DNA from: Daphnia carinata
Lineage: Eukaryota
Reading direction: 5' to 3'
NCBI RefSeq assembly: GCF_022539665.2
Contig: NC_081333.1
Span: forward strand, 2,418,001 to 2,482,000
Length of the DNA: 64,000 nt
The notes under the pieces are model-generated. The model saw nothing but the letters and a program-made list of their open reading frames with translations, had not been told where the DNA came from and did no database searches. This document shows, in pieces, positions 1-14,300 of this stretch. Position numbers and translations under genes: made by a program. Position 1 is the stretch's first letter; each line of letters opens with the position of its first letter.

Positions 1-1276
1 AACTCCACTAGGGGACTTATAAAAAAAGAAGAAAAGTTCCTCTTTATTATATTCCAAGAGTGTGTCCCCACTCTCTTTCTCTGCTTTTAGTTGTTTTTAA
101 AAGAAGCAATCGTTACACACACACACACAGAGAAAGAGAGGAGAGAGACGTTTCAACAATGAAAGACACGGACGAGCTTGCATAATGAATGTTGGCCCTC
201 AACCATGGGAACCTTGATAGTTGATGAAGCTCTAGCTAGATTGACATTCTTTGTATTATGAAATGCGTATAATTATTTAACTAGCGTAGGTTTTTTGTTA
301 TGTTTCTGACGCACCAAAAGAGTTTGAGCTTCGCATAAAGTTTCTTTGGAGCTCTTGGCATAACGCATTTAATAAACAAGCGCTCAAATAAAGAAGAAGA
401 AAAGTTGGGGTTGCCCTTCAACCCAAACTGTTTGAGACGATGTCCAGCTGCGAGGGATTCGACCATAAGAAAAAAAGAAAAAAAAAAAACATTTTCAAAT
501 CAATGGAAGTAGAGTTTACTGTAACGAGAATGTCGGGAAACTACACGATCACGATGGCAAAGGTCGGCTATCCATCAAAGGAAGTCACTTTGGTGACGTC
601 ATTCAATCTCTCACCGTTATATATATACAAAACACTGTTGGGCTTGTTCACGTTATTTGTTTCGTGTGCCATTTTGTGAAATATGGGTCATCTAGACTGT
701 TTCAGTTGGCTCTCTATCTCTCCCACTGTCGCCTTCACACAGCTTTTTTGGATAACACATGTGCAAAAGGTCGAGCTCAGTATATATATATAAAAGCTTC
801 GCCAAAGAAAGAGATTATCGATCGTGCAACCCACAGTATGTTGGAAGGAGATCTAGTCGGGGTGGTAAACAAGGGAGTTTGGTGAGTGGGGGAAAGGATG
901 GCCTGACAATTCGCAGTTGCTCACGACGATCCATCATGAAGCAAAGACTCTCCCGCTAAGCGCGTGTGTGTGTGTGGGGGGGGGGGGGAGAGAACCACAC
1001 GGAATCACTAACAGTATCTACTTACGTATGCATAACATTCGTATAAGTGCGCCCATCTGGCAGCAATATGACGTTTGATAAATGGCAATCTCGTAATAAG
1101 AAACGATAAATGAAACGCCATCGCACGCAATTAAAAAAAAAATGGAAATAATAAATCAACTAGCTGGTCACTGATCATTTGAAAAAGCAAACGCAATAAA
1201 ATATAATAATGAATTTTAAAGTTTGGCTTTTTTTTCACGCTCTAAAGTTTCATTTTTTTGGAGGGATTGTTATTAC

Positions 1277-4200
1277 CTCGGATAAAGGCCGGGAAAGTTG
1301 GGTGATTGTAGAATGCAGGTCCTTTGATCGCAGCTGTGCAAGTTGCGGGAACAGAGGGTGCCCGGCACGGGATCGCCGTACCAGAGGATGGCTGCTCCTC
1401 CTCCTCCGCTGCCGTTATTACCACCAGCCGCGCTGACGGCTGACGTCGAAGGTGAGAGGTTACCGACGTCGGAGCGGACGACCCTGTACGTCAGATCGAA
1501 ACGGAAGCGACTCAAATCCACGACGTCGCTGATGGTCAGCATCAGTTGGAGCCATTTACCGGCGCTTGTCGTTATCGGCTGACCCCTGCAGTGACGCGGA
1601 AGTGCGGGAAATAAAAGCGGTAAATTATGAATATCAATAATAAGCAAAAGCGGATGTTAAAGGAAAACGTGGAAAAGAGGGAGGGGAATATCGATCACAT
1701 ATCGGATCGATCGTCACGTGACGAGGGCAAAAGAAAAACATCAGAAAAAGGGGATAGATACATAAACAAGTTCGATATAGATGTGGAACACGAAGCCATT
1801 GAGTTACTGGTTTTCGAAGAAAAAAAAAAGGGACATGGACTGTCAGGGGTTTTACTTTTCCAAAGAATTTTTTTGAATGAAGGAAAAGGGGGGGGGGATA
1901 ATCCGTAAATGTATTTTTGGTTGTGTTACCATCCTTCTCCGCACCAGGCTCCGGTGATGACTTGATCGCCACCGTGAACAACATCCACATCGGCCGGAGT
2001 TGACGAAGCGTCTCGTTGCACAACTTGGCCGCCCAAACACAAACTGCCGTTCTCCGATCGATGCAATTGGCCCACGGAAAACGCTTCCATCCCAACCTGG
2101 AAGAGAAAAATGAATGTTAATAAATAACTGAATAATTAAGACGAAATGAATCGCCCGTTCTATTATACTAAACATTTTTTTTTTACCTACTCAATCACAT
2201 CCCTAACGTAAAATGAAACGCAAATTTGATGTTCTCAACAAACGAAATTTACTTACATAATTGAATATATCCTGGAACAACACGCTAGTTTATATTTAGC
2301 TCTTTATTACCGGCCGTATGGTCTATAATGAAATCAACGAATATCACAGAAACGAAAGCTTCTCCCCACTCTTTTTTGCTGATGGTCTCGTTGACTTCCT
2401 GATTAGATTCAGATAAATTACATACACTATAGCACCGAATACCGTAAAAGAAATAAAGGAAAGGGGGGTTATGTTCCACACTGAAAGAATATAAAGGACA
2501 CAGCCCAAAGATGAGAGGCATCGATCGTCGTTTGGAAATCGATATAGAATTTCGACTTTATGTATCCCTTGTCCCTTCTGTTCGCAAAGACAAATAAAAT
2601 AAAATAAAATAAATCCAGACTCGTCTCAGGAAAAAAAAAAAGAAACAAAGGGAAAAATCATAAAATTTTATGGATATTAAACACGGTAAAGACACGGAAG
2701 AGGCGCGGTTGGACTTGCAAGTCTAATAAAATGGATATATATACAATCACACGCGGCCTCTCAGACTCTGGATAAAAGAAAAAAGATCGTCAAAGAAGAA
2801 AACGAAAAAAAAAAAAGACTAAAAGAAAAGGAGTAAAATTGAAACACTGCTAGGCAGCAGCTTTTGTTTGTTGTGTGTGTGTCGTCTATAACAATCATTC
2901 GACCTGATCCTACCGCTCGTTGAAGCGTGACGTCACTCAAACTCTCCATCGACGCACACGCACACAATGACAAACATGATGCTTTCTGATACACGGAGAT
3001 AGCGAGCGGATGCTGCCGTCGATTTGATATAAGAAAAAAAAGAAGCCAAAGAAAACAAGGATCCACGTCACAATTAAGGACATATATATAAGAGTTTCGC
3101 CCCACTCTTTTATACTGGAGCTGTATATTAAGAGTCTCAAAACAGTTTGGGAAAAAGAAAGGAAGGAAACAAACTTTTTTTTTTTGATCTTTTATCCATT
3201 CCCTTGTTTGTTTTTTCCACAGTGATGATGCGGCACGTGATTTGATTTCTTTGATAGCAAAGTTTCTCTTTTTTTTTTTCTTGAGATCCTCAACAACGAA
3301 ACATAATTTTAAAAAATCCATAGTGTCGAATACGTAATAAGAATGGACAGAATTGAGTTAATCCTCTTTCTCTTTGCCGCCTTGTTCGTCTATATATTTC
3401 AAAAAACTTTTATCTATAGGTTTCTAGTTGCTACATAAATACTGGTTCTTGGTGTACAAGTGTGGCAGTGACGTCAAAGATTAGCCTCATCACCCATATT
3501 GTCTAAAGAACATTGGCACTTGGATGGTAAATTTGGAAAAAAAAAAAAGAGTTCAAAATAAAAAGGATTACCCCCTTTTCTTTTGTGCTTACGTTCGCTT
3601 GTCATTTGAAACACAAAGTTACGAGTTGGACTATATAGTGAAAAGATTAGACTAGTTTCTATACACACCTACTCACATAACTACATTTTAAGTAGCACTT
3701 TCCAGCTCCCTTTGGACCGTAGCGCAAAGCAAACTTTTCTCTTTACACCAACGCTGCACACAAATTTATTCTTTTCCACCCTCTTTCTTCCTTGTTTTTG
3801 TTGTTCAAATCGATCCGTTGGGACCTGCTGCTTAGGGGGGGACTCGTAAGAAAGTTAGTTATCAATGTCACCACACGAAAACAGCAATGGTACATTGTGT
3901 TGCGGGGATTGCGTGTTTTGAAAATCGGAATAAAACGATGCAACCTTCCATGGCGGTTGCAATACTACTCTTCAAGCCTTTTAAAAGCGACTGATATACG
4001 CTTTAAAATCGTTTTTTTTCTTTTAAGCCATTAATCAAATTCTTTTTTTTTTCAACATCGTAAAGAAGAGGCTTTAGGTATATTATAACCATCAGTTTTG
4101 GGGTTGTCCTTAAATCGCTTTAAAACCAGACAAGTCCCTTGTCTAGTCCGCTACAAGCCAAAGTCTTTGATGATGCACTAAAGAGGGCTAGACTTTCTTA

Positions 4201-7200
4201 TTCAAAAGAGAGTATATACATAATCTAAAGGCGAGAGAAATCGTGGTATACAACAGACCCCTTCTTCTTCTTATCCAAATAGAAAAGATTCCTGTTTTCC
4301 ACGGGATGTTCGATCGAGAGACACACACACACACACAGAGAGAGAGACAGAGAGAGACAGAGAGAGACGGACACACAAAGAACGGGATACACACATTTTC
4401 TTATCTCTCTCGGGTCCAAAAGGGGATTGCGTTTGTGTGCGGGACTCATCGACATAGAAACAGGAAATATTGACGTGAAAAAAAAAAAGGAATGTCTTGT
4501 GACACACGCACGAAAACAGCAACAACAATGCTACGTTCTTGTAGAGTCACTTGTCCCTTCTTTCAGCTTCAAGTTCGCAATGTCTTTCCGAAAAATGTTT
4601 CCGTCACGTCAGGAAAAAAACAAAACACAATGGTTTATATCCAATCCCTTTAAACAAATATAGAATATTACATAACCTACATTCAATGTACATCTAAAAT
4701 GCGCTGATTGATTCCATTTGCAGCCTCATATCTACACCCGTAAACGGACCAATAGAACATCAATTGGCATAGACGCACTATTGAATATTGGTCAATACGA
4801 ATCATCGAGGGGGAGATAGGGGCCTTTTATGTTTGCTTTTTACATATGCCTTATCGACTCAGTTGATGTATTTAGGATCTATTATTGGGTCCCTTCTATA
4901 CACATATGGAAGGATGAGGATACAATGTATAGAGTGTATTTCTCGCGTAACACGGGACCGTTCCGTTCATTCGGTGACAGTTGACAAGGCCCACAGTATA
5001 CAAAAGGGTCCACCTCCCCTCTTTTTTTTTTTTTTGTTTTTTGAAAGTAACAAAAAAAAAAATAGTGAGTTCGAACGAAGATGTAGAGAAAGAATAGAGG
5101 GGAACGAGTTTTGTTACTTAGCATCTGACAGCTATATAGGTTGGGTCTCTCTCCGATGGTTATTGAAGTGTGGTGGAAGCCAAAAAAAAAAGGGAGCTCC
5201 ATGTACATTTCATTAGCACTTTATTGAAGACTAAAGGCCAGCCCTTAGTTTTGCTCTCTTTTTTCTACCAGAAAAAAATCTAAGCAGAGAGAAAAGAAAA
5301 TTGATTGGTCCCCCCCTTGTTTTATTCGATTATGCTCTCTGCTCTTAACTCTGTTTGCCTCTTATAAATAATAATAAAAAAATAAATAAGTATTTATGCT
5401 ATACGAGTAGAGTGAGTATATCGATCGTCACGCAACGTGAGTTAACCTCCCAACACGCAACACGACCATCAGGAAGTACTATCCAAACTTACAGAGTGTT
5501 ACTTTTAAGGCTATACGAACAATTGATCTGCAAATGTTTCTCTTCTCTCTCTCTGTCTATGTCTATGTATATATATACAGTATATTTACTATATAAATAA
5601 TCAACGGATTGCAAGACACGCCCACGGTCAAGAACTTTCGTCTAGTGTATATTACATTTATTATAATACATATCTTAATCTTCTATTTCCTCTGGGCATA
5701 TATCGATAGACGTGGCCTGTGATCGTATAAACGGATCAGAGAACAAAAAGAATTACAGCCCAGGGCAGCATTACACTCGTACTATTTACAATCGAATAAA
5801 TTTTGCTTTTTGGTGCGCTCGTGTTCGTGTAAGAAAACGGCACACAAATCCTTCGTACCCCGGCATTCTTGTAATAGGTATATTTATAGATAGCAGCACA
5901 GTTATAATACCCAGCAGCAGTATATACCAGTGATAGTAATAAATATTACATGTATTTGATGTGATGTTTCTCAGTTACCGAAATTATATTCCGTGCTGGT
6001 TAATAAAAAAAAAGGAGGGGAGGCTCATCATCTTGATGTATCAGAATAAAAAGAATATAAAAAGAAATGCATGCCGAGGAGAAGAAAATATTTTTTTTTT
6101 TGTTGTCATCAAATCATTTATTCAAAAAGATCAAATGAATTCTACATGTATAGATCCTCTATACGTCTGATTATGTATTCAGACTCTCTTGTCGTGCACC
6201 ATTTTTCCATATCAAATCGATACGAGAGACACTGGCCTCGTATTTCGCCGAGAATTCGTAACAAGATCACTGAACGCCTAGACTGCACGCAGTTCATATG
6301 ATTGCTCATGTGCGAGGGCAAATGACGCAGAAAATAATGGAATAATTTTTTCCATAAGAGAAAGCGATACGATGAGACTCTCCTCCCTTAAGATATTAAT
6401 AGCATAAGAATCTAACGTCTTGAACAGTTGCGTTTTTGAATGACGTGACTCTATTTCGACGTATGCGAGAAAATGTTTTAATTCTTTAAATAAATTACAA
6501 TGCGTTTTGCTTCGCTGATTTTTTCTTGGATTCCGCAACGTCTTTCTATGTATGCGTACGACCTAATAAAAAAATATATAGCTCTGCCATAAACGTAAAA
6601 GATGCCTCCCCCCGTCCCCCCGCATTAAAAATTGGGAAAAAGAAGTTCGTGAATTGATGGTGGAATAAAATCTCATTTGCCCTTGATCGTCTCTCCCCTT
6701 ACATATTGAATACATAAAGATGATGACAAATGGTTTAGAAACTACGAAGTGGGGCCAAATAAAAAAAAAACTTAAAGAACGTTACACACATCCCAACATT
6801 AAGTATATACGAAAAAAGAAAATAGAGGAACTAATCAAATATCGAACTCCACCCTGTGCTGCCCAAGTCGATTCTTATTATACGTCACGTCTATAAGAGT
6901 AGAAACAGCAGCCGCCATTATAAAGTTTGTGCTTGGAGCCACATTGTGTCTATCTTCTTTTCTCTGTATTTAATCGGGAAAAGAAAAAAAATCCATGCCC
7001 TTCTTCTCGCATCTCTATACACTGTCGATGTATATACTGCACTTAGCAGACGTTCTCTATTCTTCTGTGCTTCCTCCGCCCTTTTACTGCCCCCGTATAG
7101 ATCGTCGATTGATGGATCGTTTCTTACAGACGGAAAACGGTGGAGCGTTTCGTCCATATTTCGCCCGTCAGCGCAGCCGGGGAAAAGGATCCCCAAAGAA

Positions 7201-10200
7201 AATGGTAAGATCCTTCAAGTATAAGACATTTAAAAGAAGAAGAAGGATTTCTTTTTGTCGAAGATTCGATCCCCTAATTGCTCAACAAGATGACAGCCGA
7301 CGACTGGAGAATTAAATCAAGTATAAATGCGATTGAAACGCGCATGATGATCGCATAATGTTGGACAAAAGAACGTCAATCAAGTGGTTTTTTTTGAAGG
7401 CATTATACGTCGTTGAATATTCGTGTCGATAAGAGGAGGCGAAAAAATTGTGTACAACAAAAGGAATTGTTTCTGAAATTTTAGAAAAGAGAGACGCGGG
7501 GAAATCACGCGGGATTTTGTGCACGTCCAAGAGCAGCAGTTTCTCTTTCACAAAAAGAAAAGCCAACGGGAGGAGAATAGAAAGATCAAACAATCGAGTA
7601 GGATGGCGGACGTGTATACTCGTCCACTCTTATCGCGCAAAGTGTTTTGTTTTTCAAGTGATTTCCCTCCTCCACCCACCCCCACCCCCTAAAATATTCA
7701 AAAGCACAAAAATATTCATTTTCACACTGAAAAATTCTTTAGCCGATGAGCGTCTTAATTTAAGGTTCTCCTACGTCATAATCATTCATGAATCTCAAGT
7801 GTTGTTAGGGGGTTCGTTGTTGTTTGAATGCAATTTTGATTGTATAGTTTCATAAAGGCTGTGCCATTAAGGACATCAATAAGTAAGAAAAAGTTAACTC
7901 AAAGTATATAGTTTTATAAAATTTGCTGCGGAGCAAGTGAAAAGCATTTCGCTCACGCAAAGTCTAAACGTGAGGCAGAACATGACGGATGGCGTTCCAA
8001 CTTTTTTTTTTTTTTTAAATATTATAAAGTCTGAACAGCCTGTAGCTATTTATGCAAAATATATAGCTGTGTTCAACTTCTAAAAATGATGTACTGCTCC
8101 TCTGTATATAGAACACACCGAGCAGCTTTTCTCGTTTGAAATAATTGCTATCGATTCGGTTATTGTGCAGTTTAAAAACGCACGCAGCAAATGGCGTGCA
8201 GATAGGCGGCCTCGGGACATCATAAGGCCTCTAGAAATATGACGTACGGCAACTCGTCTATTAGTAAACTGTTTGACAACAACTTGTATCTACATGAAAC
8301 GATCTCAAACGCTCATCACGCTATTTCGTGCTGCAATGTCGTGGGGGCCGTTTTCAATTGTTTAATGATCGATGAAGCGATTTTCCATGTCCAACAACAA
8401 GGCAAAAAAAAATATATAATAAATGCCCGACATCCATACAACGCTTTACACATGTGGGAGTGCTTCATATGTTTAATCACGCAGGTTGATTGGTCGACCG
8501 TGAATTCCCAGCAGCCCAATTTTTTTAATAGAGCTGGAATGGACGGTCGTTTAATCAGAATATGACCCCCGAGGTTCCAAAGTACAGCTTTGAAACGTTC
8601 AAATAAAAAGAATAGCAGGAAGTTGTGTTTTTACTTACGAGAACTCGATCGCCGTGATGACCACCGAGAGCGGTAAAATTAAACCAGCAATGCCACGGAA
8701 GAATCTGAGTCGTGCCGGACATTCTGGGGCGGACGAGACTTAGTCGATATGTTGATCCCAGCCGCGCGTAATATGTCCGGTTGCAAACTGTCCAAGATGT
8801 AGGAAAAAAAAAAAAAGAAATACAAAATTCAGAATTTAATATCTAGTTGACATTTTCTGTCCGTTTGCTGGACAATAGTTTGCAATGGGTCCGTCCCGTA
8901 GGAGAGAAAAAAAAAGAATTGCGTCATACGTAATCCATAAATGAGGTAATAACGAACGACGCGATACTCGGCTGTGTACACACACACACCACATTCAAAT
9001 GTATGGATTTATCCCGCCTTTTGGCACTTGAATATTTTCAATCGATATGTGTATAGGGCGTCCATAGACGGATGCCTACATCAGACGGATATGGCCAAAA
9101 AGGCAACAAATTGTTTGGTAAATTGGGTCGTTCCGTTCCCAAAAAGCGACGACTCCCCCCCCCCCCCCCCCTCACGTCTATCCAACGCCATGTAGATAAT
9201 CATGATAATAAATAAATATAAATGAAAGCTCACCCCATTGGGTATTTAGTACGCACAGCAGCGAATCAATGCCACTACATCGAACGGAACAGTTTGCCCG
9301 GCGCGATGAAAAATCAGAGCGAAAACACATAGAGATATATAGGAATTGGTTATGCGCCAAGTGTGACACAATATAGACTATATTTATAGGCGAGAGGTTT
9401 TTTTTTATTACGTTATCTCCTTCTCCCTTGTATAGATGTATATTCGCATTGCCAACTGCCATACACGAAACGCAGAGATATAAAAACGCCTCCCTCTGTT
9501 GTGTTCTTTTTCGCACCATTCGGCCCGTCATCGCACCGACTCTACTCTCTGTTGTGTCTTAATATGCAAATGAGATGCTGTGAATTACACATATAGAACA
9601 AGGAGAAAGGCAGCCTCTAAGACAAGGTCTATTAGTTATTCAAAAATGCTTTGAAATTTCAATTTTTCCCTCTTCCTATTTTTGTAAAGAAAGAAGGAAA
9701 AAGAATATGGCTGGGATGACTGTCGACAATAGCTTCAAGAATTCTCTTGGAAGAACAACGGAGGGGGGGGGGGGCGGACAAAAAGAAAAAAAAGACAAAA
9801 GAGGCAGCAATAACTAGCAGCTCGTTCCTTATATATAGTTGTGTGTGTGTGTGTGTGTGCCCAATCGTTGGAGTCCGAATGATTCGTGCCGGACATCACG
9901 GCTGCAAACGATGCGACGGACTTGGGCCCATTCTACACACGCGAGATATTACATCCGAAAAGCACAAGAGCTGTGCCGACGGGCTTTAAGTCGGAAGGGC
10001 CCTCCATCTAGTCAAGCTCCCTAGATTTTGATCTTTTCAAGTTAAGTACATTTTGCCCTTAAAAGAGGAAGGGTCGTTGCAATAGAAGCGCAAATGAAAG
10101 CTGTCCGATGTTGTTTGGCCTGGTTCGTTTAAATAAAGCGGTGGCTTATAAAACATTCAGATTTTGCCCTTTTGCTATATGGAGACGGACAGAACAACTT

Positions 10201-11357
10201 GCATGCAACAACTAGATGGTATAAGTAGGACAGCAATTCCCCTTGGTTTTTTTTTTCTATGTAATAAAACTCGGGATTGCTAGGCCATTTTGCTTCCACG
10301 CCGCAATTTTCCCTTGCAAACATTCCGGATCTACAAACTTAAAAAAGAACAATTTTTTTATTTATCAAGACCTTTAAAATTTGTATGCTGGCACATTTCT
10401 AAAATAAGATGGGGACTGTTGTAAACAATAAAGTGTGTAAAAGATCTTGGAATCGAGGAAACTGAATAAGAAAAAAAAAAGAAAGAAAGAAATTGCGCTG
10501 CACGTTTGAGTTGGGGCAAATCGGATTTCCTTCATTCCCTTCGTTGGGAGCGATACAGGCGACGCAGTCTACATAATAACTAAGCCCAAAAGGTAGGCGT
10601 TTGACCCATGATTGCAATCAAATGGAAACAGTTGAAAGCAGCAATACAGAACACGCTTCTCTTTAATTGAAGGTATCCCATATAGACTTGAATTCTATGC
10701 CATTCCGAGGGAAATAAAAATAGGGACCTTTCATTCTCAATTCGTTCACGTATGTACCTTTTTCCCTTTCATCTACGAAACGATTCGGACGCAAATAAAA
10801 GAACTACAAACCGTGTTTCCACATACAAGAGGTATGTACAGAACGGAAGAGGCTTTTTATCAACAGAGTGTAACGCACACACGAAATCGATTCACTTTCT
10901 CACATCTGCGCAAAGTGCAATGCCATTGTCGCTGGCATATCGTTGGCAACGACGTGTGTTCCCAGCTGGTCCAACACAACCCCGACGACTTTTTTTTCCC
11001 CCAAACAAACGCAAAAAAAAATTAATAAAGGACGTGATTTCTTTGGAGAAAGAGCCATCGGACAAACAATTAGAAAATATGAAAATACTGACTGGTGCAG
11101 GATCGAGGTTCGTCGACGCGGTTGTCGCATTCGTCCTTGCCGTTGCACCAGCGATCCATCGGCAAACAAAGTGTTCCTTGTCCGTCTTTGCTCGGGCACC
11201 GGAATTCCGAGATGTCGCAAGTGTTGACCTCGGAGGGCGCCAGGAAAGACGACGACGCTAAAGAGACGGCCGAAGAGGCCCAAACTGGCCAGCACAGCAA
11301 CAATGTCAACAACAACATTGGCCAGTTGTTGTTGCCCTGGTCGCAATGGTTGGCCAT
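1277..11357 (-). CDS. LDL-receptor class A + CUB domain protein (signal peptide), 5' part; continues off the left edge of the window
   Basis: Four phase-compatible GT-AG exons: 11357-11093 (MANHCDQ..MLLLTLLLCWPVWA signal peptide; LDLa CDISEFRC..CLPMDRWCNGKDECDNRVDEPRSC), 8787-8639 (CNRTYYARLGSTYRLSL..LPWHCWFNFTALGGHHGDRV), 2096-1930 (VGMEAFSVG..LCLGG..GAWCGEGW), 1585-1277 (..YGDPVPGTLCSRNLHSCDQRTCILQSPNFPGLYPR, start of a second CUB). The coding frames of the 8787-8639 and 2096-1930 exons are not in the ORF track. Confidence 0.85.
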
Positions 11358-14300
11358 TTTAAAGGTTCTTCGTCCCGTCCTGCGCCGCAACAGCACCTGC
11401 ACAATGTTTCGAAATCATCAGTGATTTAATAATCCAATAACTTTAGTACTTGAAAAGCCCTTTCACATCGACTGTTGTGTATGCGCAAAAAAAATCAGAC
11501 GTAAGCCTGAACAATCTGCGTTTTGATGATGAACGACTTCTTTTGTTGTCTACGTTATAAAGTGCAGTTTCTTGTACGAAAAAAAAAATAAGGGGGGGGG
11601 GGGTTGAAAGGGATAGAGTGTTGTTCATCATTCTGCTTTGACGCTTTCATAACCAATTGGGAAAGAAATTCTTGTTAGAGTTTCGTGTGTCTAGGTCCCT
11701 TTTCTTATAGAGAGGGATAAAACTCTGTTTGTATTTAGACCTAATCATCATCGTCTATCTACTTGAAAACAAGGCCAATCTTTATGCCTTCACGTATTAT
11801 TTTTTTCGTGTTTATTTTGCATTTTAAATAAGGCGAGAAAAAAAGTCTTTGAAGTTGGGCATTTGAAAACGAAAACCCGAATGATGTGACGTTCAAGTGA
11901 TTTGATTTTCACGAAATTTTATTTAGATCTTTTTTAAAACAGAATTTCAGTGCGTGTTTGTGTGTGTGCCATTCCAAAGATCAAATGCACTGCACAGTGT
12001 CAACTTGCTCGTATCATTTAACGATTTAACTTTTATGAAATGCTTAGCATCCTAATATGTGAAAGAGAAGAAGACGTATACATTTCGGTTTTAAGCCGAT
12101 TGTATCACATGTTCAACCCCTTTCGTTGAAAAGTCTGTAGAAATCAAGTCCTATACACACCAATTTTTTGTACGTACATTTCAATGGCTTCGTGTAATCA
12201 GGGGACGGTCGGGACACGCCTTCCGGCGAGAGTTGAGTAACACGTCAAGGTGAAAATTAATATCATTTATTATTTTCTTTGGAGAACATCTATATGATTA
12301 TAGATACCCTTCAGTATCTCACCTGATGCTAAATACTTGTCTAATCGTAAGCTTCTTACGATTGGGGCCGGGTAACAATAGACGTAACGGATCTGCAAGC
12401 AACAAAAAGGTGTTAACTTTGGGGGTGTGTTCGGCCCGTCCTACGAAACTTGTAAGACCCCACGATAATTACATGTAAGAAAATCAATTTTGTTTTTCAC
12501 GGCTTTACGTATACGTATGCGAGACATCTTCTCCGTTTTAAATGATGACCTTAATCTACGACATTAGGAATGTAATCGCATACTCATAGCATCCAATTCA
12601 CCCGTTCACAAGACTTTTGGTTTACACGTATAGCGAAATGATTAGAAATTCGGGAATTACAGGGCATCATTCCGTTTGGTCCGTTTCTCGTGAGTGACGT
12701 TTGAAGGATAACATTCAGCATATCTTTTCCGTTCCATTTGGAAAACTGATGGGAATTTATATATTTATTTTTCAGCTAAAAATAAAACGAAATTATTCTG
12801 TGCTTATTTATTACATCGTTTGCGTCTGTGTGTATATAGATAAAGAGGGCCGGGGAGAAGACCAAACAGGAGTCGGCGTTTACACGCGGACAACGCTGAT
12901 CGATCGTTGTGTAAGTCCTCCTTCGTTCTTTGCCCGTCTGATCTTTGCGATAAAAGCTCCAAACCCCCTTCGCTCCTTTGCTATGTCTTTTCGATGCTCA
13001 CGAAAAAAAAAAACATCTTCCTTTCTCCCCCCTCCTTTTTTTTTGGCTTACCCGTACGTTCGTGTTGTATTGAGGAGAGGGGTGGGATGTTGAGAGATCC
13101 AAAACGCAATTTTCCTCTTCGTTCTTCGATCAAAGACTATCAGCCGTTACACCCACTATCAAGCGATAGCCGAAGGAATAAAAAAACAAAAAAAAAAGGA
13201 TGTATAGATATATATATATATATACTGCAGATTATATTTATTTATAAGAGAGCCATTATATATAGGGTCTAGCAGCAGCAGTCTGCCCTCCCCTCGTTTG
13301 GATTGGCTTTGCTCGGTTAATTGTCTCTTAATTTTCCTTCCCTTTTCTCTTTAGCTTGCGAAGATGATTGTGCACCCGAATACGTAAAGGCATGTAAGAG
13401 TAAAGTGGTTCAATGATTGAACCCGCTAAATCACTTTTGAAATGAGAACCACCATTTGCAGATTGGCAATTCAAACAGCTGATGCACCTCGTTTATAAAA
13501 AAGAAAAAAGGAGGAGAAAACTCTTGCCAATAAATCTTGGTTAAAGATGCAACGTACCTCGAAATCTTGCGCGATATTTCCAAACAGACACATACACACC
13601 TCACCAAACACAACACAACACACGCACACACACACACCGGATCCAAACAGAATTTGTTTTCTTTCCACCCACTGTTCCTGTTTTCTTCTTCAATTGCAGT
13701 GCAGACTTGAAATATGTATGAAAGAAAAGAAAAAAAAAAGGAGGAAAGAAGTTGACTGCTTTACTAGGCTGGATCGATAACTCGGATGCGGTGCCTGAAC
13801 GGCTCCGTTTCTGCGAAACGTTTCATCAGCCACTGCACATACACAACACAAGAGAGTGTTCTCTGCGTTACAAGCTGACGATCAATCTGCTGTCCAAAGT
13901 TATTTATTTCCCTGTTGCTTTACTGTTGCAGTTAAAAAATAAAATAAATAAATAAGAAAAGATCAGCCCCATCTTTTCGCCTCCCCTTCGAATGGCCACT
14001 AGCTGCTAGTAAACTGGAACGCAACTGGACACTGTTTCGACGACATAATTTCTTCCTCTTTTTGTGTGTGTGTGTGCAGATGTTTATAAGGGCCCTTCAA
14101 TGATGGAGGTCAGTCTTTGAAAAAAAAGGACACAAAAGGCAGACGGGAATAAATTCCAATGCAGCAATTGATTGAATAACAGTCCAATGAGAATTCCGTA
14201 AGAGAAAGCAGATAGTTTTGAAAGATTGTTTCTTTTGAGGACAAGGTTTGCGGAGGATTCCGCCCCGGTGTACAACAGAACGACTCGAGAGGACGAAGAG

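Noticed and set aside
2310..2400. Exon-like segment EVNETISKKEWGEAF.. in the CUB gene intron
   Set aside because: Phase 0 in / phase 1 out would break the frame, and the flanking exons already join into a continuous CUB domain.
10003..10016. TGACTAGAT (miR-279-like seed) on the minus strand; also taatactg at ~18133
   Set aside because: The rest of the mature sequence does not match and there is no pre-miRNA hairpin.
13795..13832. CTGATGA..GAAA on the minus strand (hammerhead-like)
   Set aside because: Stem II does not close between the core motifs, and there are no stems I/III.
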